From assembly GCF_022539665.2 (NCBI RefSeq), contig NC_081333.1:4650001-4714000 (forward strand): a stretch of DNA of 64,000 nt. The letters are read 5' to 3'. A model generated the notes under the pieces. That model saw only the letters and a list, made by a program, of their open reading frames with translations, did not search any database and was not told the origin of the DNA. Of the stretch, positions 38,419 through 52,827 are shown in pieces. The position numbers and the translations under genes are program-made. Origin of the DNA: Daphnia carinata. Taxonomy: Eukaryota. Every line of letters starts with the position of its first letter. Positions within the stretch are counted from its first letter, which is position 1.

Positions 38419-41400
38419 CTAGGTTGGATTGGACTGGCTTTGGTCCCGAGTCACCAACAGTTGCTCCAGCAGCTGCGTCAGATTGGACAGACCAACCAAG
38501 TAACCATCTTCGTGATTGCCTACACACCATGGGCTCCGATGATCGATCTGGACTCCTGCCGGCAACCGATGAGTCTTGGCGAAATCAATCATCCAAATAT
38601 TGGCTTTGTTGTGATCGTGCACAAAAAGCAATGAGGTACCGATTAACTATTAATGGATCCAAAAAAATTGATTTACCAAATCCGATCGAAATGCGATAGC
38701 AAAGCACAAGTTAATCGATTTTACCTCATGGGTGGCGAAAAAATCGGAGCAAGCCAACGTGGCTTCCAACTGGTTCAATCGTGCAATGTACTGCGTCTAA
38801 TAATATTTTATGAATACAAGTACTGTATGTTAAGGTGCTGATCGTACCATTAAACCAGTAGACAACAGCTACCAATTGGCACTTACCAACGCGTGAGGAT
38901 GATGACGCACAAAGTCCTGTAAAACGTCAACGATTTGTTGGGGAGAACCGACAGTCTTGTAGTCCTTACTGGAGCTCCCATCTTGCTTGCGGATTCCTTC
39001 GATCCGAAAACCCAAACTGGCCGTCGACGATATAGTTTCTCGCCATATCATGTACCTCGGTTTCGTCACGCCACCCAACCGAAGTTCTTCGGCCGTCGGG
39101 GCGCTCGGGTCCACTTGTAGCATTTTCTCAAACATATCCTGCAAATAAGATGAAAGGCACATTGTGCTAGTCTGCAATACGTCTAAACGAGATGACTATA
39201 CATGCAGGTACCTTTCGCAATTTCGGTTTCAATTTGGCTTTGGCCAGTTCGTCTTCGAGATAAGTGCGTACTCCCAATTTACAGTCCATAACAGACGGAT
39301 TGCGAAATTCGCCGAGCAGATCTTGTAGCACTAGAAACTCTGTTTTGTCAAGTAAATTAAAAAAAAAAACAATCAGTTAACGAGTTGGAGTAATAAAGAA
39401 TTATAAGAAACGATTACTTTCGCCATCGTCGGACGTCACGTTGCCCTTGTATGAGGGTATAAATGGCCGAAGAGGATCTTTCATTAACAATTGAAAGCAG
39501 CTTTCCTCTTTCGGGCATAGTTTCTTCAGGATTGTGCCGCGCTCACCTCCTAGTTTGAAATTGCCTAGAAAACGCGAAAGAATGAAAATGAGAATGTTTC
39601 TTCCTTTTTAAGAAAATGAGATGCCGAACGCATTCAACGAGAATGAATAAAACAATGATGTCTAACCCTGATGGCCGGCCAATTGAACCCAAGGGTAGCG
39701 CTGACGTCGGAAGGTCTGGACGAATGGAGACCACTGGACGGCGCTGCGCACTTTCCGCCATGCCGAGACCTAATAAAACCAATTTGAGAGGTCGGGTTAT
39801 TATTTTCAGTCTTTCGATGTCTCTCTGTCTCCGATTCTCTCTCTTATTTATTTTTTTGTCTTTCTCTACAATCATCGACGACGAAAATCAACTTGATGGG
39901 CAAACGAGAAACAACTTCCCTAATGGCAAATTGACATGAAATAGAGATAAAACTCATCTCGATTTCTTTGCCGAGCATTGATTAAGCACTCCTAATGGGC
40001 AAGCCTGAGAAACACCAATTATCTAAACCTTTGCACTTCATTTTATTTGTTTATTTTTTTTTTTCCCTCTACGCTAATCAACCGCGGCCTCAATTGGTGG
40101 CGTGAAAGAGACCTAGGGACGCATTGCGGCGGTAATGGCATATCCTTTCAGTTTTGAGCGGAGATCCTGTCTACGGTCGACGCGTACGTCAGAACAAATG
40201 CAATGCAAAAGCCGATGAGAAAATAGGAGAGATAGAGAACAAAAAAAAAAAAAAAAAAATACAACCACGGCCAACGGTATTACGCTCTAACATTCAAATC
40301 AGACGCCAGAAGAAAATAAACATAATGAAAAAAAATAAAAATAAAAATAAAAAAAAAAAAAAAAAAATAAAAAAAATAAAAAAATAAAGGAGGAGTAAGA
40401 AGGGAAGACAGACCAAGGCAACAACTTTCACTAGAAACATTTTTCCATGTCTCATCTGACCCAGACATTTCTCTTTCCTTGCGCACACTTTTTATCCTTC
40501 TTCTTTCACGCTTCTATTCGTTCTTTTGTGCTGTCTCTACATGCATAAATTCGTTTCCCATCCACTTACTGTCTTTGGTGCTGTTTGGCTTTGATCTTAG
40601 CCAGATGCCCATCGACTCTATTATTCAATCTCCTTCTGTTTGGCAGCAGAATTGCATTAAATCGTCAAGTCCATGTCAACATTTTTTGGAAATGAGGCCT
40701 CAAGAAATCGGGTTTTTTTTTTCTTTTCTTAAAACAGCGTGGAGGTTCTGTGTTATCTGCATCCAAAATAACCCTTCTCCACCTTTTTTTTTTTTTTTTT
40801 TTTAAGTTCTAACTGTAGATGCGGGTCTGGAAATGGGGGAAGAGTGCTAGATTTGTAATTGACGCCGATCGGTTGAATATCGACAGGCGTAAACGTGAAA
40901 AAAAAAAGATAAAGTAAAATAAGAAAACAACACACAAAAAAAAAAAAAACGGAAGAATGAAAATATAGAATGCGGGTTTTGTGTATCACACACCACCACA
41001 CAGTGTGACTGCATCCAAATAATTTTAACGAACGACCGCAGCTGATGATTGGCAGCCGACATGTCTATGACGTAAATAGACATATTCGTCGAAGAATAAA
41101 AAACCGCATTACGTCTTGTGTTCAATCATTTGGGTACGGTTGATAAGCACTTATGTTTATGTTTCGTGGCCTCGGGATAGACGACTCAGCCTTTTTTTTT
41201 TTGTTTTTTTTTTTCAAGAATAAGGGGTGTTCGATGTTGCAGAAGGTGGCGGCCTTTGCAGAAAAATGGACACGACTTCTTTTCAGGAGAACAAAAACCA
41301 AGAAAAAAAAAAAAGAAAAATCTTTTTTCTTCTTTGTCCTATATTTTGCATTTTATAATTTTAATTTTCTATTTTTACTTTTTCGCTTTTTCACGCATAA

Positions 41401-44400
41401 CATCCTCCTTATTTATGCACATTCAATAACACGACCTCTGGCTCCTTCTACGACGTTTTTACGACATACTGACTGACTATACGTTGCGTGTGGGCCCGTC
41501 ACTTACTTTCACAACCGGAGGTCGAGCTTGTTGGCTGTCCGGCTCGGCCTCCCAGTCCGACCACGACGAGTCGTCTCCCGAACTGGACGAAGAGTCGCCG
41601 CATGAATTTTGACGCCCTCGGACGTCCATCGGTACAGACAAGCTCTGACTGTAGCCGTCGTAGCCTAGCGAAACGGCCGCCATTCGATGATCCGATTACA
41701 CAACGATTTCCGCACTAGCAATCCCCGTTTTCTCGACGATCCCTTTGACGTCAATACACCAAAACAAAACGAAAAAAAAAAACAAAAAAAAACAAACAAA
41801 AAGCTTCCCGAGAAATTCAGTACTCTTAAACGAAACGGTTCAAACGAGTACAAAAGACGCGTCACTGAATGTAGCTGGCCACAGTTGCAGAAGCTACCGT
41901 CACATCTCGGTCGAGTTCTTTTGAAAAGGTGATCGGACTAGACGCACCAACCACCTGTTTAAATAGGCAAACAGTTCTGCGTACACTGTCGCCGACAAAC
42001 GCGGCTATTTCGAGCGAGTAATAAAGGACGTAGACGTCGGTGGCCGGGGGAGTAAAAAAAAAAAAAAAAAAAAAAAATAAATAAATAAAGATTTGCGAAG
42101 ACTGGGAGCTGTCACAGAAACAAACACCGTGTTACAGCTACACCAACAACAACAACACGCACACGCACACACGCAAAAAGAAACGATGAGGGTTTCGCGA
42201 GAAGCTGAGCAGCAGATCAGAACAGAGAAACAAAAACGCAGAACAAAATTCTTTATTTTTTTTTTTCCCGCCCAACTGCGTGGTTTTGGCCAGAGCTTGT
42301 TCCAGCACAGACCTTAGAGGGCACGCGTGCGTCAAGAGGCCACTTGAGACGCCAACTGCGCTCGCATGGGAAAGTTGTCGTCACTTTATCTGCTCAGCTG
42401 TAAAATTTTTTTTTTTTTTTTCTTTTTCGCTTTCCTCTTCATGATTATTCTCTGTTTCTCTCTTTTCTTCTCTTTTCATTCTCTCTTCTTCTTTTATACT
42501 TGTTCCTCTTTTCCTCTTTTCATTTGTGTTTTATCTACGCCTGAACGGACGCAGGAACCACTGCACGAGCTCTTTCTTCCCAATTTGTAGCTTTGCCTGT
42601 TGCGCTAAACATGACAGCGAATCTTTCAGGCCAGAACACACAGCCAAAAAGGAAAGACTATGATTTGTGTTTACAAGGGCCAAAGAAAAAAAAAAGAAAA
42701 AAGAGAGCGGCAACTAGTTTGAAGTTAATTGAAGGGCAACATTCGCCTTCACGCAGCTGGCCCATCCTCCTCGCCCTAGCTATCTGCGTTAAGCATCTTG
42801 GCTGCAACGGTGGATGGGTTCGTGTTCACATGAACCCCAACAGGCGATTGACGTGCCATTTCGAATTCAAGCTGAATGGATTTACGATACCGTTTGAGTC
42901 TAAGAAGAAAAAGAAATTTAGGATGGGTCAATGCAACGTCGTGAAAGAGATTGACCCGATCAAGCCGATCTCAACGTCATGTGCCTTCGGCACCAAGTAG
43001 GACAATTGAACGGGGGTTTAATCGACACTAAAATAAAACGTCTTTTTCATCTTTCGTCGCTGGCATTTCATCTCGTATCCTGATTTCTGATGCGTGTTTA
43101 ATGGTGGTCTTCCGTTACAAAGAAGGATTTCCTTCAACTTTCTTTTTTTTTTTTCTCAATCGTCTCTTTCATTCGTTTGTCAGATTTCGGATCTTCTATA
43201 TGTTGTCACGAAAACAATTTGGCGACACGGATATTGAGAGAAGAGCGTCAAAAGCGGAAAAAGAAAAATAATTCAGAATGTTCCTCTTTTAACCGTCATT
43301 TAAATGGCCTGACTGAACTCGAATAGCCCTAACATTCTGGAAAGAACCGGTTGGATGTGGGTTAAAACTTTGCAGGGCAGGTATTTTGCAAGTGTGCATA
43401 CTTTTTGCCCTATTTTTCTTTAACCTTTTGCGTTAACCTTCATTTGTGCTCGCCTGTCGCGATTTTTCGTTGTTTTCTTTTATCTCTTTTTTAAACGGGT
43501 CCGATAAGAATGAACGATCAGAAACCCAATCCGGCATTGTTCCAAGTATCTCCGAACACACACTTATACTTCTTGCCGCAATCTCGTGTTATCTACACGC
43601 CTCAATTGGTGGTTTTCATATTCAAAGAAAAACATTACAACGAACCGTGTGTCCTTTCAAAAATTAGATTTGAAACGAGCAATGAACAAATGCGTTGGTG
43701 ACATCATCGAAATGTTGATGTCCGGGCCAAAAACCATTGCAGACAGAACCACATACATATTGTAACTCGGGAAGAAAAAACTAAATCATTTCTCGATCAA
43801 TGCTCCAGTTGTGTCAATAAGACGAATCGCTTCGCCAAAAAAAGCCCTATCGCACAATGGTCTGTTGAAAAAAAAAAATTCTTTCTTACAGCTAATGTAA
43901 TTACATAGCTGTATTTTGAGTAGTGGGTGTTTTTGCGGTTTGTGCAAATGAATGGAGCCATGCATATTCACGTGTCAGCTTTCCTTTTCAGTGCGGTTTT
44001 GTTTGATTGTACTTTTATTCAAATAATGTTTTTGTTTTCTACCTCGTCTTCACGTCTTCCTTGTAAAAACGGGGCGGCCAATACATTCGAAATGGACTCG
44101 ATAAAAATACGAAGAAAAAAGAAAGGTAGAAAAACAAAACACACACATACACACAAAAAAAAAATCGACCTCATTCGAGAGCTTCGGTTAGCCAGGTAGC
44201 CCCACACACGGAATGGCCTTGATTGGTCTGCAGAGAACAGACACCGATCCCGCCATTTGACAAGGTCGATTAGCGCACACCTAAAAAGGAATCGAATGTA
44301 CTTGTAGAGACGAAACAAGATCGACGGTCAGTTTTTTTTTTTTTTTTTTTTTCAATTCTACAAATTTTTTTGTTTCTTTTCGTGTAAGCGAGCAACCAAA

Positions 44401-47400
44401 ACAACCACAGCGACACAAGGGGGACGAAGACTCACGCCCCCGTACGGTTGGCGTTTAGCACTATAGAGCATTTTATTCGTGCAGGCGAGCAAACTGTACT
44501 CATGCCACTACAACTACAACTGCCATTACGGCTGTGACGGCTGAAAACCAAAAACTTCCACAAAAGAAAAAGCGGTTCCACTAATGGCTGTGGCACGTCG
44601 GTCGTTAAGTAAAGGCACGGTTGAAACATGACCATCTATGGGAAACAGATACACCTCGCTCATTCGTCTCATTCGCCTTTTCTTGTTTTTTTTTTCCAGC
44701 GTCAAACAAAAATTAAAAGAAAAAAATAAAGGTGCATTCTAGGTCACTCGCGTCTGCATCTAATCGGTATTGAATAATAGGACGGTCGGGAGGTGGCAGA
44801 AAATTCAAGGCACAACCGTTTTCACGATGCCTAAACGAGCTTCGCAAATAGCTGAAGCCAATCAGCGACGATACGGTCTAAACTATGCACTTCAAGAGCG
44901 GCACAGTTTCAGCGCAGCACGTTCAATGTTCTTGGTAGGAAACAAAAAGAAAAAAAAAAGGCCACTACACAGTTGCCAACAACAAACGGTGTCCGACACT
45001 ACGGCGAATCTTGGCAGATCAAAAATCGTTATGCAAATACAACGATAACGGTCAGATGCATCCTCTTCGTCATGCAAAATCAAATTGTGAGGGTCTCGGC
45101 GTTCATCCGCATTCATTGTCTAAACAACAACGAACACAACTGACCGTACAAGATTACCATGCCGCTAGCAGACCAAGTCAATACGAGGATTAACGGTATA
45201 CGTTACAGCATCGCGACATGCAAATTCGATTGCGGAATTTGACAAAAAAAAGAGCCGATGAAAAAATACCGAGAAATAAACTTGGAGAAAACATAACGCA
45301 AACAAGGTGGGAAAGCACGAAAAAAAAAAAAATACAAAATGAATCGTCTCTCTTTCCCTCTAACGTGGAGTATCATAGAATAAGAAATAGAAAGCAGAAT
45401 CCTCACGTACCTTTGGAGATGACGTGTAGTCCTCGGTCGACAAGCGAACCTCCTCTTGTTTGGGCGTTTCACTCGCCTCCTCGACCACGTCCTGAGTCAA
45501 ATCGTATCCCAATCGAAACGACTGGTCAGGATCGGTCTGAAATGACGTAGTGTGAGATTGGGCCGTGCACGGACCCGGGCAACAGGGTTCCATGTCTAAC
45601 GTGGCCAAGGAACTGCAACTACTACAATCGGAGAATCGGCGAACAGAGAGCAAGCTAGACGACATTGCCGAGTCCTCATCTAACAAGCCTTGTCCTGGAA
45701 GGATCAACAGTCCATTCGATCCGGCTCTGTACGACGACGCCCAGCTCCACGACGCGGCGTGAGTTTCCGCGTGGTCCATTTCGTGTGCCGTGTCGTGACC
45801 AGAGCTCGAGTGCGACGAAAGGGTCGGACTGGGCAATTCGCTGAGTCGATAATATCCGTTGGCCAAAATGACTGTGTCACCATTTTCATTGGGATCGTCC
45901 GAACAGTCACTCACAACCACGGAGGGCATCCGCATGGGGCCAGTCAGCCGTCGGTTGACCGGCGAGAAAGCGTCGCCCAGTTCAGTTGCACACTCGTTGT
46001 AACCGCTGTCCCAGGAAAGGCTGGTGCAGACTCTGCTTTGCTGCTCTTGCTGATTTGGCTGCTGCTGCTGCTGGGCGGCTCCAGCTGCCGCTGCACTGCT
46101 GCCACTGCTTATGTCTTCATCAGAAGCTGCAATCTCCTCTGGCTGCGCCGACTGATAACCGTGCAGCCATCCGGTAGCCATCGCGACTAATGTCCTCTTC
46201 ATGGTGCACAGGCAATCCAGACTTCTGCAACGCCTCCTTCCGCTGGATAGACAAATGTTTGCTCTTTTGGTTTCTTTGATTTGATTTTTTTTTTTAAATG
46301 CGATTTAACAGATACGTTTTTTGTGGGACGAGGAGAATGAATCATAAAAAACTAAGAATGTCACGTTTCGAAACTGGAAATTTGATCACCATAGGGAAAT
46401 TCATGAAAACTAACAACAACGACGTTTACAATTGTGCTACTACACATTCTTATCACTTTAAGGTACAACCAACACAGTTGCAAAGGAATTTCACTATTTT
46501 GACTACGATTTGCCGTCGAGATCTACTCAGCTTCCCCAACCCATGTCCATCTCTTGGTGTTGGCGCTGGCCAAATATACGAAGAATGTAGACATTCAAAC
46601 GGGGCAGGCCGCAATGCCTGACGCAAGAAAGCGAAATTTCTCTATAAAATGAAAGCATGTAGCAACAAGGAGTGTAGATATACCGACGGGATTATCCGTT
46701 ATCAACCAGCCATCACTCAACGTCTACTAAAATCCAGCCGTTCTACACTCGTGTTCACTATGCATGCTATATCGCCAATGGGAGGCATGTTTCTCCATAA
46801 AAAGCACAGGGACGCCATTTCGTCAACATTCGATTCTTTTTCTCTCTCCCCCCCCCCCTTTTTTTTTTACTTTTATTTTTCTATGGTTTTTTTTATATCT
46901 TATTTTTTTTTTGTTTGTGTGTGCTGGCTTTAGGAAGGTAGAGAGACAGGCAACTACTTTCAATACCAATCCATCACTATCGTTTCTTCAACCTCCCACA
47001 CACGCATTCGTTCGTTAGAGCGTGAATATTTCCATAAGTCATCATCTGTTGGACTGATTATGCTACTCTCTCTACTTTCGAAATCGCAAAATGCACACGC
47101 AGACACAAAACACAAGACACACACACCTTGGAACGTGACTGTTCGCTGGAACATGATCCGGATCGCTGCAAGTTTCATGGCGTTGCGGCCGCTGGTGGCT
47201 CATTAGTAGATCCGGAGTCGATAGACTTTTCTTGGAGATGCCGCGGTTATTCCAAGAACGTCGTGTTGTCGGGAACTGCGATAGCTCCACTGTATTATAA
47301 ACGTTAGGCAATTCCTTGGTGGAACGTTGGCGGCAACTGCAACTCGGCCGGTCAATTCTCATCGCAACGCGAGACGCAAAACCGTTCTTCAAACGATTCG

Positions 47401-47434
47401 GATAGTAACAAATCGATGTTCCCTGATCGATCAT
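38419..47434 (-). CDS. IP3K2: Inositol 1,4,5-trisphosphate 3-kinase (IP3K2/wavy type), long isoform
   Basis: Exons 47434-47127, 46242-45411, 39769-39667, 39564-39418, 39339-39212, 39138-38887, about 38796-38725 and about 38649-38419, all phase-compatible. CaM-binding region [29 protein letters not shown] signature PSVMDCKLG (PxxxDxKxG), [29 protein letters not shown]. The catalytic core is secure; the N-terminal joins are inferred. Confidence 0.92.
41507..41683 (-). CDS. IP3K2: Alternative first coding exon of IP3 3-kinase (short isoform)
   Basis: [16 protein letters not shown] ends at AAA|GTAAGT, a phase-0 donor matching the phase-0 acceptor at 39769. An in-frame TAA lies 15 nt upstream of the ATG with no AG in between, so the exon must initiate translation. 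Confidence 0.7.
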
Positions 47435-50400
47435 TACATCTCAACTGTATTCCTCGGTCGCCCTAAAATTGAACATAAATTGGAATGAAAAGAGGTACAA
47501 AATATGTATATGGTACAGCTGATACGAATTTTTTCGGCAAACTCTTGTACCGGCAACGCATATATTAGTGAAAGCGTCTCTTTCCCACTAACCAATAGTG
47601 AAATTTGTCTTGAGTGCAGGCCGTAATAAAAAAAATTTACTTGCCCAAACAAGACAATTAGTTTGGAGCCGTCAGGATTTGAGCGCGCTATGTGTACGCT
47701 ACCTGGCCTGCTAACTCGTTGGGAGAAAGGGAAAAACAAAATAAACAAGCAAGCACGAAAAAAAAAAGAGCAAGGGAAACCGGTGCAATAGAGACGGACC
47801 AAAAGTTAAGTCGAATGAAGAAAACTGACATAAAAAAATTCGAAAGACTTTCGCTCGTCGTACGCAGCTAGCGCTCTCTTTTACTACGGATCAAAACAAC
47901 ATAACCGCTACGGGCAACGAAACGCGAGAAAAAGAGAAAGAGACAGAGATGACGTCAAACACTGCCTTTTTTTTCTTCAACAAAAGGCCATGGATACGAC
48001 GAATAAGGACAGGCGGTTAGTTTTTTTTCAAAATGCAAACTAGATTGAGCTTGGTTTTTGCATGATGAAAAATAACACATACGTCCACGTTCCTGCGAAG
48101 CGATTCGGCCTTTAAAACAATCTAGCAAAGATTTCGATATACATCGACGTGCTCAAAAAATAGACCAGACAAAAGGGCAACAGGATTTCCTGAGCCACAC
48201 GGCATCCATACGCCCATCAATGCTTTCAGTAACGGCTGAAAATAATGTAATTCGTTATCTACATGGCACTTCGAAATGGTGTTTCCTTTTCAAACGCCAG
48301 CTTTCGATGTCCGACGTTGACGACGACGTAAATTCGGTGTTACAATGTAAAAGAAGGCGTAATATAAGAATCTCAGGTCAATTGTCTTCCGGTGGTGGGA
48401 TAACGGACACGTGTACATGATACAACAAAGTATCATTCTATTTTTTTGTTTCTATCGCAAAACGACACGAACAACTGTCAAAAACATGAACACAATAGCA
48501 AACACACCACCCACCATTTTTTTTTGGTCTCGTTCAAGAGATTGTTAGCACACAAAGGTCAATGGGCCATGTAAACAAAGGCAGCGTATTTAACTTAACG
48601 AACGTTAGACGACACAAGCGTGATCGATCTTGGAAAAACTGTCGCAGTCGATTCCGTTACTGCGCCACAAGTGAGAACAAAAAGCAACACTAACGACTGT
48701 CTATGGATATTGATGGGGGGGGGGGGGCGTTTACAAGGGATTAAATTCAGCGCCAATAGTGGGTCGCCAGTCACGAGCTGCTGCGAGAAAGAAAAAACAA
48801 CTAAGATTACGCTGCCAAACGTAACAACGGGGACTTCAACTGATGAATGGTTTTATGGTTGGCGTAGTGTCGAGTTTCAGCCTGTCGTTCGTTGTTTCTC
48901 GCCCAGAGGTTTTTCACGAGGGAGTGTTTATTTTCTACAGCACTTTGCCACAAGAAAGCACCCGAGCCCCGTACCACCTTTTACAAAAGGCGTAACGCTG
49001 TGTTTGTTCTCCCTTTTTGTAAAAGAGGCTGTAAACTCTGTCGGTGTAGTTCCCAACCAACGCTATAAATAAGCTGAAAAGTGCCCCCCCCCCCCCCCAA
49101 AAAAAAAAAAAATAAAATACTTTTGTGTGATGGAATCCTGAGGATATCGTAAGATTGATTAACTAACGTAACACATAACTCACTACAGTACTAATACTGG
49201 GCTGAAAGGAGGCAATCGATATGCAGCCTGCAGAAAGGTGGAACGCCAATGTATCGAAACGGCATTGACAGACCACATAAAAAGGTAGTATATGCTAGTT
49301 TTACTTTGATTTCTTTCAGTTATTCAACTGACATGCAAGCAGACTTTAAAGGATAAATCAGAGGGGATGTTACGGGCTTTCCAGTTTGAACCATCGTCGC
49401 TCAACAGGTCGTCGTTGCCACGAATTTTTATTGTCGTCGGGCTCTGTGTGAATGGTCAAAATGCGACGTCGAGATCTAACAACGAAACCCATTTCTCACT
49501 ACATTACGAGGGATCGTTATTTACGTGAGCATGCCTTCATTAAAACAAAAAACAAAAACCGCAAATAGAACAAATAAATGGCCTACCTCGGTGGAGGGTA
49601 CGACTGTCTGGAAACGTAGATCGATTCCTATACTCGGGTCTGTGATGTTGGCTTCTATTCTAACTGGGCCAGGGACTGACGCCGAACTGAATGATTCAAT
49701 GTTTTTCCTTTCCATGCAAGTTCGACTGATCAGAGGTGATATAGAACTGGTGCAACTTGAAAAGAAAATCTGACGAACAACCACAGGCAACACATGGCCA
49801 CTTGCACAACCACCATACATCCACAGGCAGTAGTGCGACTGTCAAGTTGACTGTGCGTCTGCTACTGCTTACTGCTTAGCCCCAAATTCTATGTTTCGCC
49901 ACGATCGGCCATTCGTTCTCCACTGCACTAACGTCATCGCCAGTGACGTCATCTCTTTTTCGCCCGAAACTATCTGATATCCACACCAATCGTGCTACAG
50001 CATGCAATATTGATATCTACGTATACGATGTGATCACACGTTATGTAAAAAAAAAAAATGGGCAGGAAAAATGCACGTAAAAATTCTCTAGACAAAAGCT
50101 GCTGCAGTGACGTGCCTTTACTGAAAACAAAAGCAACAGGCGAGAAGAAGCTACGATTATGAGTCGCAGTGTAATCTTATTTGTAAATTTTTTTCGAAAA
50201 GGGCGAAAGAAGGAAGAGATGGAGCACGTTTAAACCGTGCAGTTATCAGCCTACCTTATGCATTAAAATATTGTGCTATTTTACTGCTAAGCAGACCAAG
50301 TGTACGATAGCCGATACGCGATAAGAGCCGACCAGCGGCTATCGCCAATATATAACTCCAAAAGTGCGAAATAAACGCGTTACAGAGGGAAGATAAGAGC

Positions 50401-50453
50401 TTGGTTTATTCGAAAGAAGGAGGTGGCAGGAAAAACGTTACTATCGCAACTGG

Positions 50454-52427
50454 TCAGGTTCTTAAAGGCTTCGAGTTAAAATAGTTCAGTGCTCTCATCA
50501 CAGCATTCACTCCCAAGTTGTAGACTGGGTGGGTTAAAGCCTATACAAGTGAAAATAATTAGCAAGCTCTATTTTAATAGTTTACATTTCATGCCATAAA
50601 AAATTACCAATTCATTGTTTGGATTACCCACAATCGATGTCCTTCCAGAAACCACACCGTTTACATGTTGTGCTATGGAGAGACCACTCAAACCATAACA
50701 AGTGTGATAGAAGTCACGAGGCCTACGAATCGCGTTAACAAAGTTTTAACTTCCGCATTGCAAATTTTCATTAGATATGAAGATAATTTCACGCGTTACC
50801 TTCCAGGTTTATCGAGAAGTCCGCCAAACGGGTGTTGACAACAAACGAGTAAGTACTCTTGAAGTGCCTTTTGATTAAAAAGCCATCGTTCTACATCTAA
50901 TGCGTCACTGTATTGCTCTGCAATAAAAGAAAGGAGCAAAAAAGTGTTGCAAGAAGATAACCACTGTATAGTAAAACATATTGACATGTTAGAAATATAT
51001 GTGAAATTGTATGTTAGCATACCTGACTTTGCCAAATGAAAATGCATTAATGGGAAGAGTGCTCCTTGCCAGAAGGAGTAACAACCATCCACAAGTTTGT
51101 TAGTTCTGCCTTGGAAACCTCCTTCAAACTTCATTTGACGGTTGCATGCCCACCTCTGAAAACAAAATAAACTAAAGATTAGCTTTGCTAACACTAACCT
51201 TCAATAAATATTTTTTCTTTTTCATTTACCAAGAGACATCTTATGTTGCATTTGTTTTCTTGACCTAAAAGAGTAAGCGCAGCGAGGGCACAAAATGTGT
51301 AACCTATGTAACCAAAAACGATATGAATAAACAGTTACGCTGATTTTGTTGGCTTCTAACCTCCATGTGCTTCCTGATTTGGGGTCCCAGCAAAGCAACC
51401 TTCGTATGTTTGGCATTTAAGAATCCATTCACTGGTACCATTGAAAAGTTTCTGATCCACAATGCCTGTCAATTTGGCCACAACTACTGCACAGTATGTC
51501 CCTCTCACATCAACTTCACCTCCAATATGCAGTGCAAATGCTCCTTCCTCATTTCTACAATTCATTAAGAAGTTATAAAGGTTTGTCCTATTTAACAAAA
51601 AATGAACAGATTATACCACAAAATATTCAATTGCATCTCACTATAGTACCTGTCAATTATTTTGTAAGCTACATCTGACTGAAGAATGACAAGAGCATTA
51701 ACGGCTGCATATGTTGGGGCTAAGTGGGAATATTGAAAAGGCCCACCGCCAAACCCTCCTGTAGGGCTCTGACATCTACCATAACAAAAATTTGTTTGTT
51801 CCCAAACATAAATTTTAATAAACAGATAAACAGCTTTTGCAAGCTTAATAGTACACAGCTTTAACAATAAGATTATACTTACAAATTTAAAAAGGAGATC
51901 ACAGCTTCTTTGGTTTCATCTGGTATGGAGGCTTCTAGTAATTCTAATGAGTGAAGATTCCAGTAACAAACCCAGGTTCTGCTTGCATCTAGGCACTACA
52001 CAATCGATAGGAAACATTAAGATTCAGACAGATAAAACTATTATTCTTGTACTTCATATGATGTTGACAGTCTGCTCAAGCCATGTTTCACGAAATCAAC
52101 AATCGGAAGACGGTTCAGCAGGGGTAAAGTAGAATCTAGTTCATGATTTTCTAAAAAGTTTTCCAATAAATGCTCAATGGTTGATTCAACTTTAACCTAT
52201 ATATATAAAATCGGAAACCGCGTTGCAAACAGAATTAGAACATCAAATATATGTTATAGTTGCCAAGGCAGACCATATTTCAACTCTACAATATTTTATG
52301 AAACCTACATCACCTGTTCATCACTTGTAACGGTAGGGATCCCCTCCACATCTAGGTGAATGCGAGGAACAGACAATAGTGAGAACTGGTGATTTGTTTC
52401 TAATTCACAGTAATCCCGCTCAGTCAT
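50454..52427 (-). CDS. FNTB: Protein farnesyltransferase beta subunit, 10 exons
   Basis: Exons 52427-52314, 52196-52053, 51995-51883, 51775-51650, 51587-51361, 51303-51230, 51155-51023, 50917-50800, 50722-50608, 50540-50454. Motifs LDASRTWVCYW, CQSPTGGFGGGP, HLAPTYAAVN, GGEVDVRG, EAHGGYTFC, GFQGRTNKLVDGCYSFWQ (Zn ligands D and C), DFYHTCYGLSGLS, THPVYN. Confidence 0.96.
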
Positions 52428-52827
52428 TTTCAATTTTTGTTTAATGTAATAAAATATCAGGAGTAAAAACAACAACAAGCAGAGCCATCTACTGGGCAAA
52501 GAAGCATTTTTGGATTGTACTTGTCAGGTGGTGTATTTGAAAAATTCTAATAGGAAACAGTTTTGATAGAATGCTTAACGGGAAATTCCTTCAAATTTTT
52601 TCAAAACAACTATTGAACAAAATGCAAAAAATAATTATCTTTCCGCTCGAGTGCAATTTTATTATGTTAACTTCTGATTTAATTCTTAAAATCAAAACAA
52701 ATACGCTAACACGGCAGTTGATATTCACCTGCACTTAGACAACGTCACATAAGGAATTGCAATGTCCGCCTCAGACCATCGTTGAATTTGCTACTGTCTT
52801 ACCAAGCAAAAAAAAAAAGGTACGAAA
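52428..52827. promoter_or_regulatory. Probable bidirectional promoter between FNTB and the 583-aa ORF
   Basis: The divergent start codons are only 400 bp apart and the spacer is AT-rich. Called from position only; no TSS data. Confidence 0.5.

Noticed and set aside
40150..44800. Many Phe- or Lys-rich ORFs in the IP3K introns, and similar ones at 60990-61600 and elsewhere
   Set aside because: They arise from A/T homopolymer runs and show no coherent splice structure or recognisable domain.
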